A stretch of DNA of 64,000 nucleotides, taken from NCBI RefSeq assembly GCF_028641065.1, contig NC_073384.1, forward strand, positions 53,878,001-53,942,000. Reading direction: 5' to 3'. The position numbers were made by a program, and so were the translations under genes. Origin of the DNA: Leucoraja erinacea (lineage: Eukaryota). Under the pieces are notes generated by a model, which had not been told where the DNA came from, searched no databases, and saw nothing but the letters and a program-made list of their open reading frames with translations. Positions 1-11,589 of this stretch are shown one piece after another (within the stretch, counting starts at the first letter, position 1; each line of letters begins with the position of its first letter).

Positions 1-320
1 TGCTCCAGTATTCTCCTCCCTTTCTTCCCATAAAATGTTAGGATATACCTGATCAAGTGCTGGGGATTTATCCATGTTTATGCGTTTCAAAATCTCAAGC
101 ACCTTCTGCTTCGTATTGTTGATATGCTCCAGGACATCAGTTTGCTTCCCTGAACTCACTAGCTTCTCCATCCTTCTCCATGGTAAATACAAACATGAAG
201 TATTCATTTAAAACAACACGCTTTTCCTGTGACTCCACACATAGATTACTACACTAGTCCTTAATGGGATCTACTATCTTCCTTGCTACCCTTTTACTCT
301 TAATATACTGATAAAATACT
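1..320 (-). mobile_element. Degenerate CR1 LINE ORF2 fragment (endonuclease-RT linker region)
   Basis: Aligns by eye to the clearer CR1 copy at ~29930-30240, e.g. ggatatacctgatcaagtgctggggatttatcc vs ggaatatcctgtccggacctggagacttatcc, and ccttctccatggtaaatac vs ccttctccttggtgaatac. Confidence 0.7.
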
Positions 321-1476
321 TAATTTTCGATCCAGTTCACCAATGTACCTCAGATCCCCTGTGCCTCAGCAATCGATTCATCCCACTATTAATCTTTCTT
401 GTATCCCAAAATACTTTGTGCTTATGACCGAACATGGAAGACTCAGTTGTGGGAAGACTGGAGCCAGTTCGGAACCAGCAACAACTTCCTTGTTGCAGAC
501 CCTTAGTTTTTGTCACCTCATCTCATTCTGCCACTTTGTCACTTGACCTTTCTCAACCATTTCAAGAATGTCCAGTCTCCATGTGGTCGAGCAGAAATCT
601 GAATGACCTCTTGACATGCAGAATATCATAGCTTGTTTTAGAAATACATCCAAGTGCTACATAAATAAATAAGGACACCAAGAACACATCCCTGCAACCT
701 TGGGTAGCCTTGGCATGCAGGCCGCCCATTCCCTCCTCCTCGATTATACAGCCAACTCCAGAACACATAAATTTCATGCCAGCAATGGGTCTTTAAATTA
801 TGGATCTGAAATTGACTCCTGCATTTCATCGTTAAATCAGCCAAGCCTAATTGGGTGGGAGACACAGAAATGAAATGCTAATCCTGTGGTTGCATTAAAT
901 CATGCCTTCCAAAAGCAGAGCAGAAAACTTCCAGCCTTTCACCTGTTTAGTCTCCTGTTAACAAGCGCACCAAAGAGTTGGAATTCAGTTCCCCATTTGC
1001 AATCCACAAATTACTTTCTTTTGCATGCGCAATACCTTTTGCTGACCTTTTGTTTCTGTTCACCTTCAGGAGAAATTCGAGTGTTCTGGAGTTTGACCTC
1101 TGTAAGGTGCTGCTGGGTCATCAGTCACAATATTCTGAGGGAAAGTAAAGCTCGATTTACTTTGCACAACGGTGTGTTTTAATATCAAACTAAGAGCAAC
1201 CCTAACTCTCCATCACATCATTGTGCCACATGGATATAGATTTTCGCATTTGTGCTTTGCTGTGAGAAGTTTAGTAGACTTAACGTTACTGAGGCACCAG
1301 TCTAAGAAAGTTTTTTTTTGTATTGGAACACCTATCATTAGCATGAACTGATGAAGATGTATTTACTCATAAAAAAAGAGAGCAAGTGCTGGAGTAATTC
1401 AATGGGTCAGCCAGCATCTTAGAAAATCATGGATAGGTGATATTCCAGGTTGGGAGTATAAGATGGATTTACTCCC

Positions 1477-2768
1477 AAGATAGACACAAACCGCTGGGGT
1501 AACTCAGCGGGGACAGGCAGCATCTCTGGAGAAAAGGAATGGGTGATGTTTCGTGTCAATACCCTTCTTAAAGACTGATAGTCGGGGAGAGGGGGGCACA
1601 GTCATACGGAAGGGTAAGATGTGAGAAATGAGACATAAAAGGGGATGGGGTTTAGGAAAATGTAGAATAGATTATTGGTGACTAGGAGAAGGTGACAACG
1701 AAGCAAACAGAGATAAAATTAATCAGGGGGACAGTCAGGCTGGTCGGAGAACTAGGAAGGGGGAGCGATGGTGAGAGAGGGAAGGACAAAGGACATTTAT
1801 TGTCACATACACCAATTGGTGCAGTGAAATTTGAGTTACCATGCAGCACACAAATAAGATAAACATAACACTTTAGAATTTAACATGAAACATAAAAAAA
1901 CATCCCTCCCCAGCGGAATCAACGTTTCCCTCTGTGAGGGAAGGCACCAAGGTTCGGTCCTCTTCCTCTGTTCAGCCGTGGTCAGGACCTATTGGGGCCT
2001 CCGCAGTTACCGCTACGGCCCGATATTTCAGGCCCTCGAATATTCTCAGCGGCCCGGAGCCTCCGAATCGGCCGCTTCCTACCGGAGACTACGGCTTCTA
2101 AAGTCCCCAGGCCGAGCTGGGCGGAGATTCAACGCTGGCGACCTCGGCGAGAGATCCCAGGGCTCCACAATGTTAAAGTCAGCGTCAGCACGGCCCACGG
2201 CTGGAAAACCAGCGCCGCCAGCGGCTGGAAGCTCCGCAGACCACAGCTCCACGGTGTCAAAGCCGGCAGTCCCAGCATTCCGGAGCTCCACCACGGTGAC
2301 CCCGATAAGGCATCGCTCGCTCCGCGATGGAATCCAGTGGTGCGCCGCCGCTGCTGAAGCTGGTCGGTCTCCGTCAGGAATGGCTGCGCTAAACCAGGCG
2401 GTAGGCCGCGAGGAGGGGTCGAAGATGCGGCTTGGAGAATAGTCGCATCCTCGACCAGGAAGTGATCAAGAAAAAAAGTTTCCCTCTCCCCCCCCTCTTC
2501 CCCCTCCCCCTCCCCCGCTCCCCCCTCCCCCCTCCCCCCTCCACCTCCACCCCACCCCCCCCCCCACCTCCCCCCCATAAAAATTACTAAAATATCTCCA
2601 AAACAAACTTTAAAACAGGCTAAAAAACCTCAAAAAGAACGAAAGGACAGACAGCTGCAGGCTAGGCAACCACACTCGATGGTGCCACCACTCGGAAAGC
2701 AAGGTACTTGAAGTTAGAGAAGTCAATATGCACACCAATGTGGTGTAAGTTGCCCATGCAAAATATTC
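1477..2768 (-). mobile_element. Penelope-like element 3' end (end of GIY-YIG ORF, 3' UTR, decayed hammerhead), split by the insertion at 1784-2693
   Basis: 1477-1580 matches the terminal segment of other copies (19547, 40865, reverse complement of 43290-43384). 2694-2768 matches the ORF-terminal gaagttagagaagtcaat seen at ~19757. A smaller terminal fragment lies at ~1383-1455. Confidence 0.85.
1784..2693 (-). mobile_element. GC-rich non-coding retroposon (~910 bp) with a Rex1-like 3' tail, copy 1
   Basis: Homologous in several blocks to 33132-33990. On the minus strand it ends ...tttcactgcaccaattggtgtatgtgacaataaatgtcctttgtcc. Candidate 4-bp TSD GGAA at 1780-1783 and 2694-2697. Confidence 0.8.
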
Positions 2769-4259
2769 CCTCTGTTAATCAAACTAACGCTTCATTTTAT
2801 TATAAGATTGCAGGCAGATCTTTCCCAACTTTCCAATTTGCACGGGTGCTCAAGCTTTTACAACGACCCTTTCCCATCATTGCTCTGGACTGCTCAGTCT
2901 GCTATGAACATTTAAAAAAATGTTCGCCAAAACTGTCACAGGCAAGGACGGAATAATATTGCTGAAAGCTTGGAGAGCTTGTGTTTTTCTTTGAGGAATA
3001 AGCATGGGTCTCTGCCCAACTGTTCCTATAGACTGCTGAGATCTACGGGCACTTGATTCGTGGCATTGGACATGCCAGTGGCCATCCTTTAATGTCCTAA
3101 TCGACAAAATTACTTTGAAGGATTTTCAACATTGACGATAAATAAATAAATAGATAAATAGAGGGAATGAATTAAAATTCCATACAACAAAACTTTAGAT
3201 TCAGGATGACTATCTGTTACTTTTTTTCTTATCCTTTCTTCAAAATTGTGTGGTCAAAAAAGCTCAGCTTGCAACATGCTCGGTGCTTAAGGTAATTGCA
3301 GTAGAACATTCAAGAGTCTTGAGTTGACATGATCTCGCATTTTAGTTTCTTCTTTGCCTTAACTTTGTTCAGACGTGGTACGAACCAAAGCACACTGTGA
3401 ACATACCGTGGTCTTCAAACTTGTCCTCTGATAATCTAGTTCTGTTTTTTACACTATTGCAGGATTTCCACTTCCATGTCTTCCAGGATACGAGTTATGA
3501 AATTTGCATTAATTGTTGTTTAGTTGATAGAGAGGTGCAACTCGAAAACTGTTTTCACAGGTTCCTATTACTTTCCAAACAAGTCTACGGTCTCAAAGCT
3601 GGCAATGTGAGTTTTTGCTGAGCAGTGATCAATCTTCATGTCAAGAAAACAATGTTGAAGACAGAGAGGCACTGTTAGCTGTAATTCTGCTCACCACACA
3701 CCATCTGGCACCACATGTCAGAAGATAAATAAAGCTGCAAGGCCAAGTCTTATGTTACACTTTGATCAAACATGTTCATCTCAGGCTGCGTAAACAGATG
3801 TAAAAACACAGCTACACTCGGTTGCTTTAAACGTCAAACAATTAATGATAAGTTTGGGCTGGATCGTGCTGACTGCTGCTGCATGGTTCAGATTGGAATT
3901 GCTGGTGTCCAGCCGATGAAACCCTTTGCTCTGACTTCTATGGTTGAGCTGCGGAACAAGGAAATCCTGGACCTATTGTCAAATTTACAAGGCCAAAGCT
4001 GACAATGAAATGGAGCAACAGAGCGTTGCCACGCTGACAACTCCCAGCGACACGTATTTCAGATTCCATGCCAGATTAGATGGAGATTACAGGGCAGACA
4101 ATGTTCAGGCAATGGGAAGGGTAGTTTGTTTCTAAAAATTATTTTGCCTCACGTTAGTGGTTTTAATTATTCATCCATGTTTTTATATGTTTGCTGTTGA
4201 CTTTCACACACACAGATACAAATGCAGGAGAAGATGGACAGACTCTCACAAGCTGCAAC

Positions 4260-4559
4260 AAAACTTGGGCAACCGGGCCTTTGCGGTTGCAGCTTCTAGA
4301 CTGTGGAACAGCATCCCCCTTCCCATCAGAACTGCCCCCTACTTCGACTCTTTTAAGTCAAGACTTAAAACTCATCTTTACTCTCAAGCCTTTCTTGACG
4401 TCCTCTGAGGGAGGGCTATATGTATGTATTTAGGTATGTACTTAATCTATGAATCAGTGTTGTATAACGTTAGTACCTCCACCAATTTAAAACACTTTGG
4501 TCAATGAGAGTTGTGTTATAAACGTGCTATAGAAATAAAAGTGACTTGACTTGATTTGA
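4260..4559 (+). mobile_element. L2 LINE 3' end
   Basis: Translates LGNRAFAVAASRLWNSIPLPIRTAPYFDSFKSRLKTHLYSQAF, the typical L2 ORF2 C-terminus. The 3' tail is aaacactttgg...gtgctatagaaataaa followed by (gactt)n. Confidence 0.9.
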
Positions 4560-5333
4560 AAGTGACTTGGTCTTACACCCAATACAGAAAAGACACAGGT
4601 GATGAGGATCCACTCCAAAACCAGCAACCCTATCCTTATGCACAGCGCTGCTCTAGAGGAGGTAGAAACATTCACATACCTAGGTAGTGTTGTGGACATC
4701 ACCAGAGGGGCAGAGGCAGAGATAACAAGTAGAATCAGTAAGGCTAGGGTGGTGTTTAACATGCTCAGGAAGGTCTGGAGCTCAAAACACGTCTCAATCA
4801 AAACCAAAATACGCATCTTTAACTCAAATGTGAAACAGGTGATGCTGTATGGATCAGAGACATGGAAAACAACAAAACACACGACAAACAGGCTGCAAAC
4901 ATTCATTAACACCTGCCTTAGGAGAATACTTAACATCTGGTGGAGAGACTAAGTAAGCAATGTGGACCTGTGGAGAAGAACAAGCCAGGAGCTCATTGAC
5001 TTTCAAATTCGAAGGAGACAATGGAGTTGGATTGGACACACCCTCAGGAAACCTGCCACAAACATCACGCATCAAGCCCTGAAATGGAACCCCCAAGGAA
5101 AAAGGAAAAGAAGTCGCTCCAGGAACAGCTGGAGAAGAGGTGTCCAGACAGAAATGTCTGAGAGTGGGCTCAACTGGGGAGCTCGAAAGAACTGTCAACT
5201 TCCGAGTGAGGTAGAGGACATTTGTCAATGACCTATGCTCCCTAGAGGAGCAAAGGGCTTAAGATGAAGAAGAAGAAGAAGAAGAAGAAGAAGAAGAAGA
5301 AGAAGAAGAAGAAGAAGAAGAAGAAGAAGAAGA
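4560..5333 (+). mobile_element. 5'-truncated RTE-clade LINE with (GAA)n tail
   Basis: ORFs 4599-4952 and 4962-5231 carry EEVETFTYLGS, KTKIRIFNSNVK.V.LYGSETW, WIGHTLRK and ALKWNPQGKRKR. (GAA)n at ~5266-5333. TSD ATTTGA at 4554-4559 and 5334-5339, inside the L2 tail. Confidence 0.92.
5266..5333 (+). repeat. (GAA)n microsatellite (RTE tail)
   Basis: Perfect GAA run of about 22 units. Confidence 0.97.
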
Positions 5334-5499
5334 ATTTGACTTTAGTTCCTTTTTAACTCTTTGCCAAGTCCCCACCTGCCTGCCCTGGGGAACTGGTGTT
5401 GGGAGGACCATTGGCAGTATTTTCTAGTGTGCGAATATCAGGCCAGCCTCTCCTTCAATCCAGCCTAATATGCAAATGAAACACTGCCTTGAAAATGGT

Positions 5500-5688
5500 A
5501 GGCACAAAATGCTGAAGTAACTCAGCAGGACAAAAGGGAGGATCTCTGGAGAGAAGGAATGGGTGACGTTTCGGTTCAAGAAACGTTACCCATTCCTTCT
5601 CTCCAGAGATGTTGTCCGTCCTGCTGAGTTACTTCAGCTTTTTGTGTCTATCTTCAATTTAAACCAGCATCTGCAGTTCCTTCCTACA
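5500..5688. mobile_element. Palindromic mini-element made of two inverted Penelope termini
   Basis: Arms ~5500-5572 and ~5580-5650 are reverse complements. Flanked by the 13-bp direct repeat CCTTGAAAATGGT at 5487-5499 and 5689-5701. Confidence 0.88.
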
Positions 5689-7769
5689 CCTTGAAAATGG
5701 TTCATTTTCACTGATAAACAGGTTATTATCTCGGTCGGAAGCAATTTAGAGAATTCTAAACTGACTGTCTTTATTTAAGATGTTTTTCTTTGACAGCCCA
5801 CAATATTTTAGAGATTGCCTTCGGCAGATTAGTTTCGGTGACAGCAGCACTTGCAGTTTGTCAAATGTTAATATGAGGTGCCCTAGATCTTGATGCTTAT
5901 TTGTCTTTGTCTAATTGAATAATGCTTTTTGATGTGTTGCTGCATGTTGGTGAATTAAAGAGGGTTTCAGACAGTTCTGTCAACAGTTTACTGAAATGTA
6001 CCTCTCATTAGCTAGATGAACTGCCAACATGTGTAATTTAAACCTATTGAGATATCACTCGAAACATCTTGATGGCAAATGAGAGAGTGCATATTGAGTG
6101 GATGAAATCAAATACTAGTCAAAGAAATACCCAATCTGCAGGAACCAGAAGGGACTGCATTCTGATTGAAGGAGAGGCTTTTGAAGAAGGTCTTGTTTGA
6201 ACTTAATAGTAGGCTAAGGATAATAACTTTAAATGTATGTCACATCTCTTCTGATACATCTTAATCCTATCACAATAAAAAGGTCTCTACCATTTTTCCT
6301 TCAGTAGTCCATTACTCACCAAATCGTATCTCCCAAGTCTCACTTTAAGAAGCTTCATTAAGGTCCATAACGAGTGTGTACCATCTGGCCTGTGGTTGTG
6401 TTAACATCTTGATATGTCAATTAATTTTTTGCTGTCACATTACAAAATTAAACTGACTTTGAAATAAAGCTATTTGAATCAAAAGTGCTCAGCAATTTTT
6501 CAAAGAGGATTTAGACAAAATGATCTAAGTTGCTGTAACAGAAGACTAGCTTTTAATTGGATAGGTCAAAGCTAGGGTTTGCTTCAGGGTTCTTCATAAA
6601 TCTAACTGTGGACAGCAGGAAATGTCATTCTGAGCTTAGATTGCTGCCACTGTTACATTTTCACTGTTTGGCTACAAACTAATGCCAATTATTTTGTTTC
6701 CAATTCTCTTCTTTTGTATGTTTTCTGCTTAATTCCATCACTATCTCCCAGCCCTCCAATACTAGCGTTCATTATCAGTTTGTTAATTCCTTTGTTTTTC
6801 TACCCCTTTGGATTTTGTTTCTATAATTTCCTTATTTTTCACTCTTTTTCAGATTCCACAACATGCAACGCAAACCATCTACAAAGCTGAGAGAGAAATA
6901 TGTGACATTTCAATATGGAGCCTAAATTGGCAAACCCATAGCGCTGCAAACTTAGCACTAGCGGAACTGGGCCAATGTCATTGGATATTCTGAGGTCAGC
7001 TTCATTGGCTATTCATAGCAAGTATCTGGCCTAGATTGGGTCTGCCTGCAGCAGTTTTCTATCAGTGAAGGGCAGGAAACAGCAATTAAATGCTGCCACT
7101 GTTAGTTAAAGGAGAGCTTCATCACTGCTGTGCAGAAGAGCAAAGACGTCTACAGAAAGACGCCAAGTACCTCAATTTTCAGAGGACTATAGATTGGCCA
7201 TAGGAGGCACTTTGAATATGGTCTAGTCAATCATTTTGATCATCTTGTCTGCAAAGGTGATTCAATGGAAATTGTTTCCAGCTCCACATCCAGATTTTGT
7301 TTGATCTTTGTTATGATTTAGCATCTTCCTCTCTCTCTGCTCCATGTTTATTAGAGTAGCTAATCATTTTTACAGATCATAATGTGGCTTACTACCAGGT
7401 AGTCCATGATGTGTCCAAGATATTTGGACCTTCACATTAAGATTCCCATAGATAGCAAATGGTCCTAATGTTGGTGCAATACACTGACCTGGTGTCTGGA
7501 GGGTTGGCTAAAGAGGATAGCCTTCGGTATCTTGCACTGTTTTTTGTTTGTCTGTACATTTTTCCCCCTCATTTATTATATTGTTCACAGTGTACTATGT
7601 TTACATATTCTGTTGTGCTGCTGCAAGTAAGAATTTCATTGTTCTATCTGGGACATATGACATTAAAACACTCTTGACTTGACAACTTCTAATATGGATG
7701 ACTGCCTTAAAAATAAAGCATCATGACAGTTAGTCCCAAAGTATCTTTTTCAGGAAGAGTTGATTAGGA

Positions 7770-9535
7770 GACCACGTGTCAATTTTCATCGGTGGGTTGG
7801 TGGTGGAGAGTGGTTAGCAGCTTCAAATTTCTGGATCACATATTCAAGTGTCATAGATGTAAACAGAAAGAAGGTATGGCTGCACCTCTACCATTGTGGA
7901 AACCTAAAGAGATTTAGCATGTCACCAAATATGCTAATAAACCTCCACAGATGTACTGTTGAAAGTATGCAGATTGGTTAGATCATGGCCTGGTACAGTA
8001 ATTCCAATACATAGGAGTGCAGTGAATGGTGGTATCAGTCCAGATGGGTACCGGCCTCCCCTTAGTGAAGGTGACATCTATCATCAAGGGTCCACACCAT
8101 CTACGCCACGCTCTCTTCTCATTGCTACCATTGACCAGGAGGTACAGAAGCCTGAAGTCACACACCAACAGGTTCTGGACAACTCTTTCTTACAACTATC
8201 AGATTCTTGAACCAATCTGCACAACCCTAATCCTACCTTGACAACAGAACGCCATGGATCACCTCTTGCAGTATCACATACTTGTTTTTTTTCTAATTGT
8301 TTTTTGCACTAAGGTCTTGTTTCTTTGGACTGTCTTTTTTTTAGAAATGGTGTAACCTATATGTAGCAATGTTACAAAATTTTGAGATTTAAAAAATCAA
8401 GTCTGTAATTTATCCCATCAGATAAAGCATAAAAATAAGTTTAATTTGACACCTAATTCACTTTCATATCTCAAGTATTTAAAAAGTTATGGCCATTTTC
8501 ATACTCGGAAATTAGCATCTTGTTCTCTATTGATTTTCTATGGACATAACAAAAAAGCTGTGATCATGGACAGTCAAAAGGCCATAACCTTCTTAAAAAT
8601 TAAGAGAACTGAATGAAATTTTCAGTTATCGTAGATTGAACCATTCTGAAACAAACATAAAATAATCTAACTTGGATGACCTGAAATTAAAGCATATAAT
8701 TAGTTAGTTACCCAAGTGTAGCAAATTTCAAACTTCAATTACTAGATCTAAACATCTATCCATTTCTTAATAAATGATTAATGTTTTTAAATAGCCCAAG
8801 TGTCCAAATAATATTCATAAATAATTCACAATAAAACATGATTTTTAAATCTCATTTACATTAATTTATAGGCCAAATGGAAGGAATTTAGTGTTCAATT
8901 GCTGTAAATTAAAGTCCATTTTAAATCGGCTTTCTAGTGGGTTCCTGTGAACGCGCTGGTGGTTTAGAACGTTCATATTGCAGTGGATTTGTGCCCTCAA
9001 ATGCCCAGAAAAATACTGCGGGATATAAAGAGCCCAAAATTAGCTACTCGCTATAGAAAACTTTATATACAGGGTTCTTAAGAAGCCCCTTTTAATGTAA
9101 AAATAAGGTACATACCTTTAATTGTTTGCTTTATAAAACCCTGGGGCTGCGAGAGGTCGCGGGTTTAGAGAGTGATTTTTAAACTACTATAACTATTATA
9201 CAAGGCCATAAAAACTAATAATACCTTTTGCGACGGGGTCTTTCAGCGATTTTTCGTTAATGATTTACTAGGCTGAACATTTTCGATTGCAACAGCCTAG
9301 TAAAAATCGTGTTTTAAACCCGCCCCCTCTAAACAGCGCCAAAATCGCGCACACGGGGTGGGGCAGATTCTCAGCCACGATTCAGGTAGGTTTTGTAACA
9401 TACCTAATATATGTAATGTATATTGTTATGTGTTTTTGTCCGTGTCTACTGTATGTCCCCGTGATGCTGCTGCAAGATTTTCATTGTACCTGTACCTCAC
9501 CATACTTGTGCATATGAAAATAAATGCAACTTAAC
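7770..9535 (+). mobile_element. Degenerate Rex1/Babar LINE 3' part, interrupted by the MITE at 8364-9406
   Basis: KKVWLHLYHCGNLKRFSMSPNMLINLHRCTVES resembles the Rex1 motif KKA.QRLYFLRRL..F......L.NFYRCT.ES. Also IIKGPHHLRHALFSLLPLTRRYRSLKSHTNRF. The tail resumes at 9407-9535. A separate Rex1-type tail lies at ~7540-7685. Confidence 0.8.
8364..9406. mobile_element. Non-autonomous DNA transposon, probably hAT-type MITE (~1.04 kb)
   Basis: Imperfect 16-bp TIRs TAGCAATGTTACAAAA and TTTTGTAACATACCTA. Flanks share TATATG, consistent with a decayed TSD. No ORF. Confidence 0.72.
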
Positions 9536-10121
9536 GTCTTACTGTAACATATTGTCTGATGATATTTCCAAATAAAAGATTTAAATACAATCAAAATCAT
9601 CCAGTAACTGTTTGTGGTGGCCTTATTATTTAATTGTGAAGCACAGCAGAGATAATGACCATTGGATTTTATCCAAGCTGCAAGACACAGGTTGTTAAAT
9701 CAGGTCATGATGAACATTGTATTGCTCTTTATGATTACATGTATTGCAGTAGTTATTTTTGTACTGTGTATCTTAGTGGTGTGAACTCATGCCGATAGTT
9801 ATATGATGTTAATCTAAACTTAGCTTAGTTTAAAATATGTTTATACCTGGAGAAATAATGATTTGGAAACATGCTGATAAAATAGCTAATAATTGTCTCA
9901 TTTCTGAAGATTGATAAAGTTATTGAAAAGAAATGAAGTTTTTAATCTATTTTGTTTTCCAATCCCTTATAGATTATGCAGCTTTATATCTTTAATTGTT
10001 GTTTGTACAAAATATCCCCTGCAAGTAGCAATGGTTAATGCTATGGTGCTGATTAATAATTTGAATGTTGAAAATAGTTTCTGCCACATCAACTTTGATT
10101 TACGTTAACGATTTCATCAAA

Positions 10122-10658
10122 TATAACCATATAACAATTACAGCACGGAAACAGGCCATCTCGTCCCTACAAGTCCGTGCCGAACAACTTTTTTCCCTTA
10201 GTCCCACCTGCCTGCACTCATACCATAACCCTCCATTCCCTTCTCATCCATATGCCTATCCAATTTATTTTTAAATGATACCAATGAACCTGCCGACACC
10301 ACTTCCACTGGAAGCTCATTCCACACCGCTACCACTCTCTGAGTAAAGAAGTTCCCCCTCATGTTACCCCTAAACTTCTGTCCCTTAATTCTGAAGTCAT
10401 GTCCTCTTGTTTGAATCTTCCCTATTCTCAAAGGGAAAAGCTTGTCCACATCAACTCTGTCTATCCCTCTCATCATTTTAAAGACCTCTATCAAGTCCCC
10501 CCTTAACCTTCTGCGCTCCAGAGAATAAAGACCTAACTTATTCAACCTATCTCTGTAACTTAGTTGTTGAAACCCAGGCAACATTCTAATAAATCTCCTC
10601 TGTACTCTCTCTATTTTGTTGACATCCTTCCTATAATTGGGCGACCAAAATTGTACAA
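10122..10658 (-). mobile_element. Young CR1 LINE 3' fragment
   Basis: ORF 10198-10584 reads LGLYSLERRRLRGDLIEVFK...TRGH...FFTQRVVAVWNELP. Tail gcctgtttccgtgctgtaattgttatatggttatat. Nearly identical to 30497-30975. Confidence 0.95.
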
Positions 10659-10769
10659 AATAATAGTGGGTAATATTGTGATCTCCACATGGGAACGCTT
10701 CAGAATGCGGCTTCGATCATAACGCACCATTTTCATTGTAAATAAGTCTTGTTGCTAATATGATTATGA

Positions 10770-11580
10770 TAAAAGATCATCTCAGAAAATCAGAGGCAGA
10801 ATTGGTTTGAATGAAAGTAACAAACTGAAAAGGACAGAAAACACTGGTGGAGTTAACTTTAAACTTCCCAATAGTGTTAATAATGTAGGACTTAGTATAA
10901 ACCAGGAAATTAGAGACATAAAATAAGAATTATAAAATAATCATGGAGGGCTCAAATCTACACTTGGGCATAAAGATTCAAGTAACATCAATATTATGAA
11001 GGATTAATTCATAAAGTGTACAAGGGTTGATTTATAAATCAGTATGCTCAAGAATAGTGCAATGGGAAAATGTTACTTGTATTCTCATAGTTTAGGGAAT
11101 ACATAAAACCTGCAAGAAATTTAGTTCAATCTGAAACCTTTTTCTTAAACCAAAACAAAGAAAACCCATGAAGTATGAGGTATGAGTTGTCTACGATAGA
11201 TCAGGAAACCATACTAATAGGTGTGACTCCATACATACAATAGCTAACATTTAAGACTGCAAATGTGGTTCATTTGTGGCTGGCCGGAGAAGTCAGTAAT
11301 AGCATGAGATCAAAGGACGATAAAGCAATTAGCCTGAAGTGGGAAATATTCAGAATACAGGAAACATGAATCAAGAAATTTGTATGGAAAAGTCAAATAA
11401 AAGGAAAAATATAAAAGAGGCTGTAATGTTCCTAAGAATATTGAAACAGGAGAGCTTTAGTTAATATGAGTACTTAAAAACTGGTACTGGAGAATTCATA
11501 TGGGGAAATAATAAAATACAAGAGAAGTTAAACAAATATTTTAGTGCCTACTTTTATGGAAGATAAAAGCTACTGGCAAC
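10770..11580 (+). mobile_element. Highly decayed CR1 ORF2 (endonuclease and linker)
   Basis: Remnants of KGQKTLVG...PNS...VG.SINQEIRD...IIM(GD)FNLH at 10830-10965 and ELNKYF.. at ~11520-11560. Confidence 0.65.
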
Positions 11581-11589
11581 AATTAAGTG

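Noticed and set aside
2395-2420. HDV-like ribozyme suggested by CCTCCTCGCGG on the minus strand (CCACCTCGCGG at ~33344), resembling the HDV P3/L3 region
   Set aside because: No matching P1 5' strand, the spacing to the P1.1 GG is wrong, and no P2/P4 frame could be built. Kept only as a conserved motif of the retroposon.
1885-2442. 185-aa ORF and overlapping ORFs (also 33356-33838)
   Set aside because: Reading frames are not preserved between the two homologous copies; this is a GC-content artefact.
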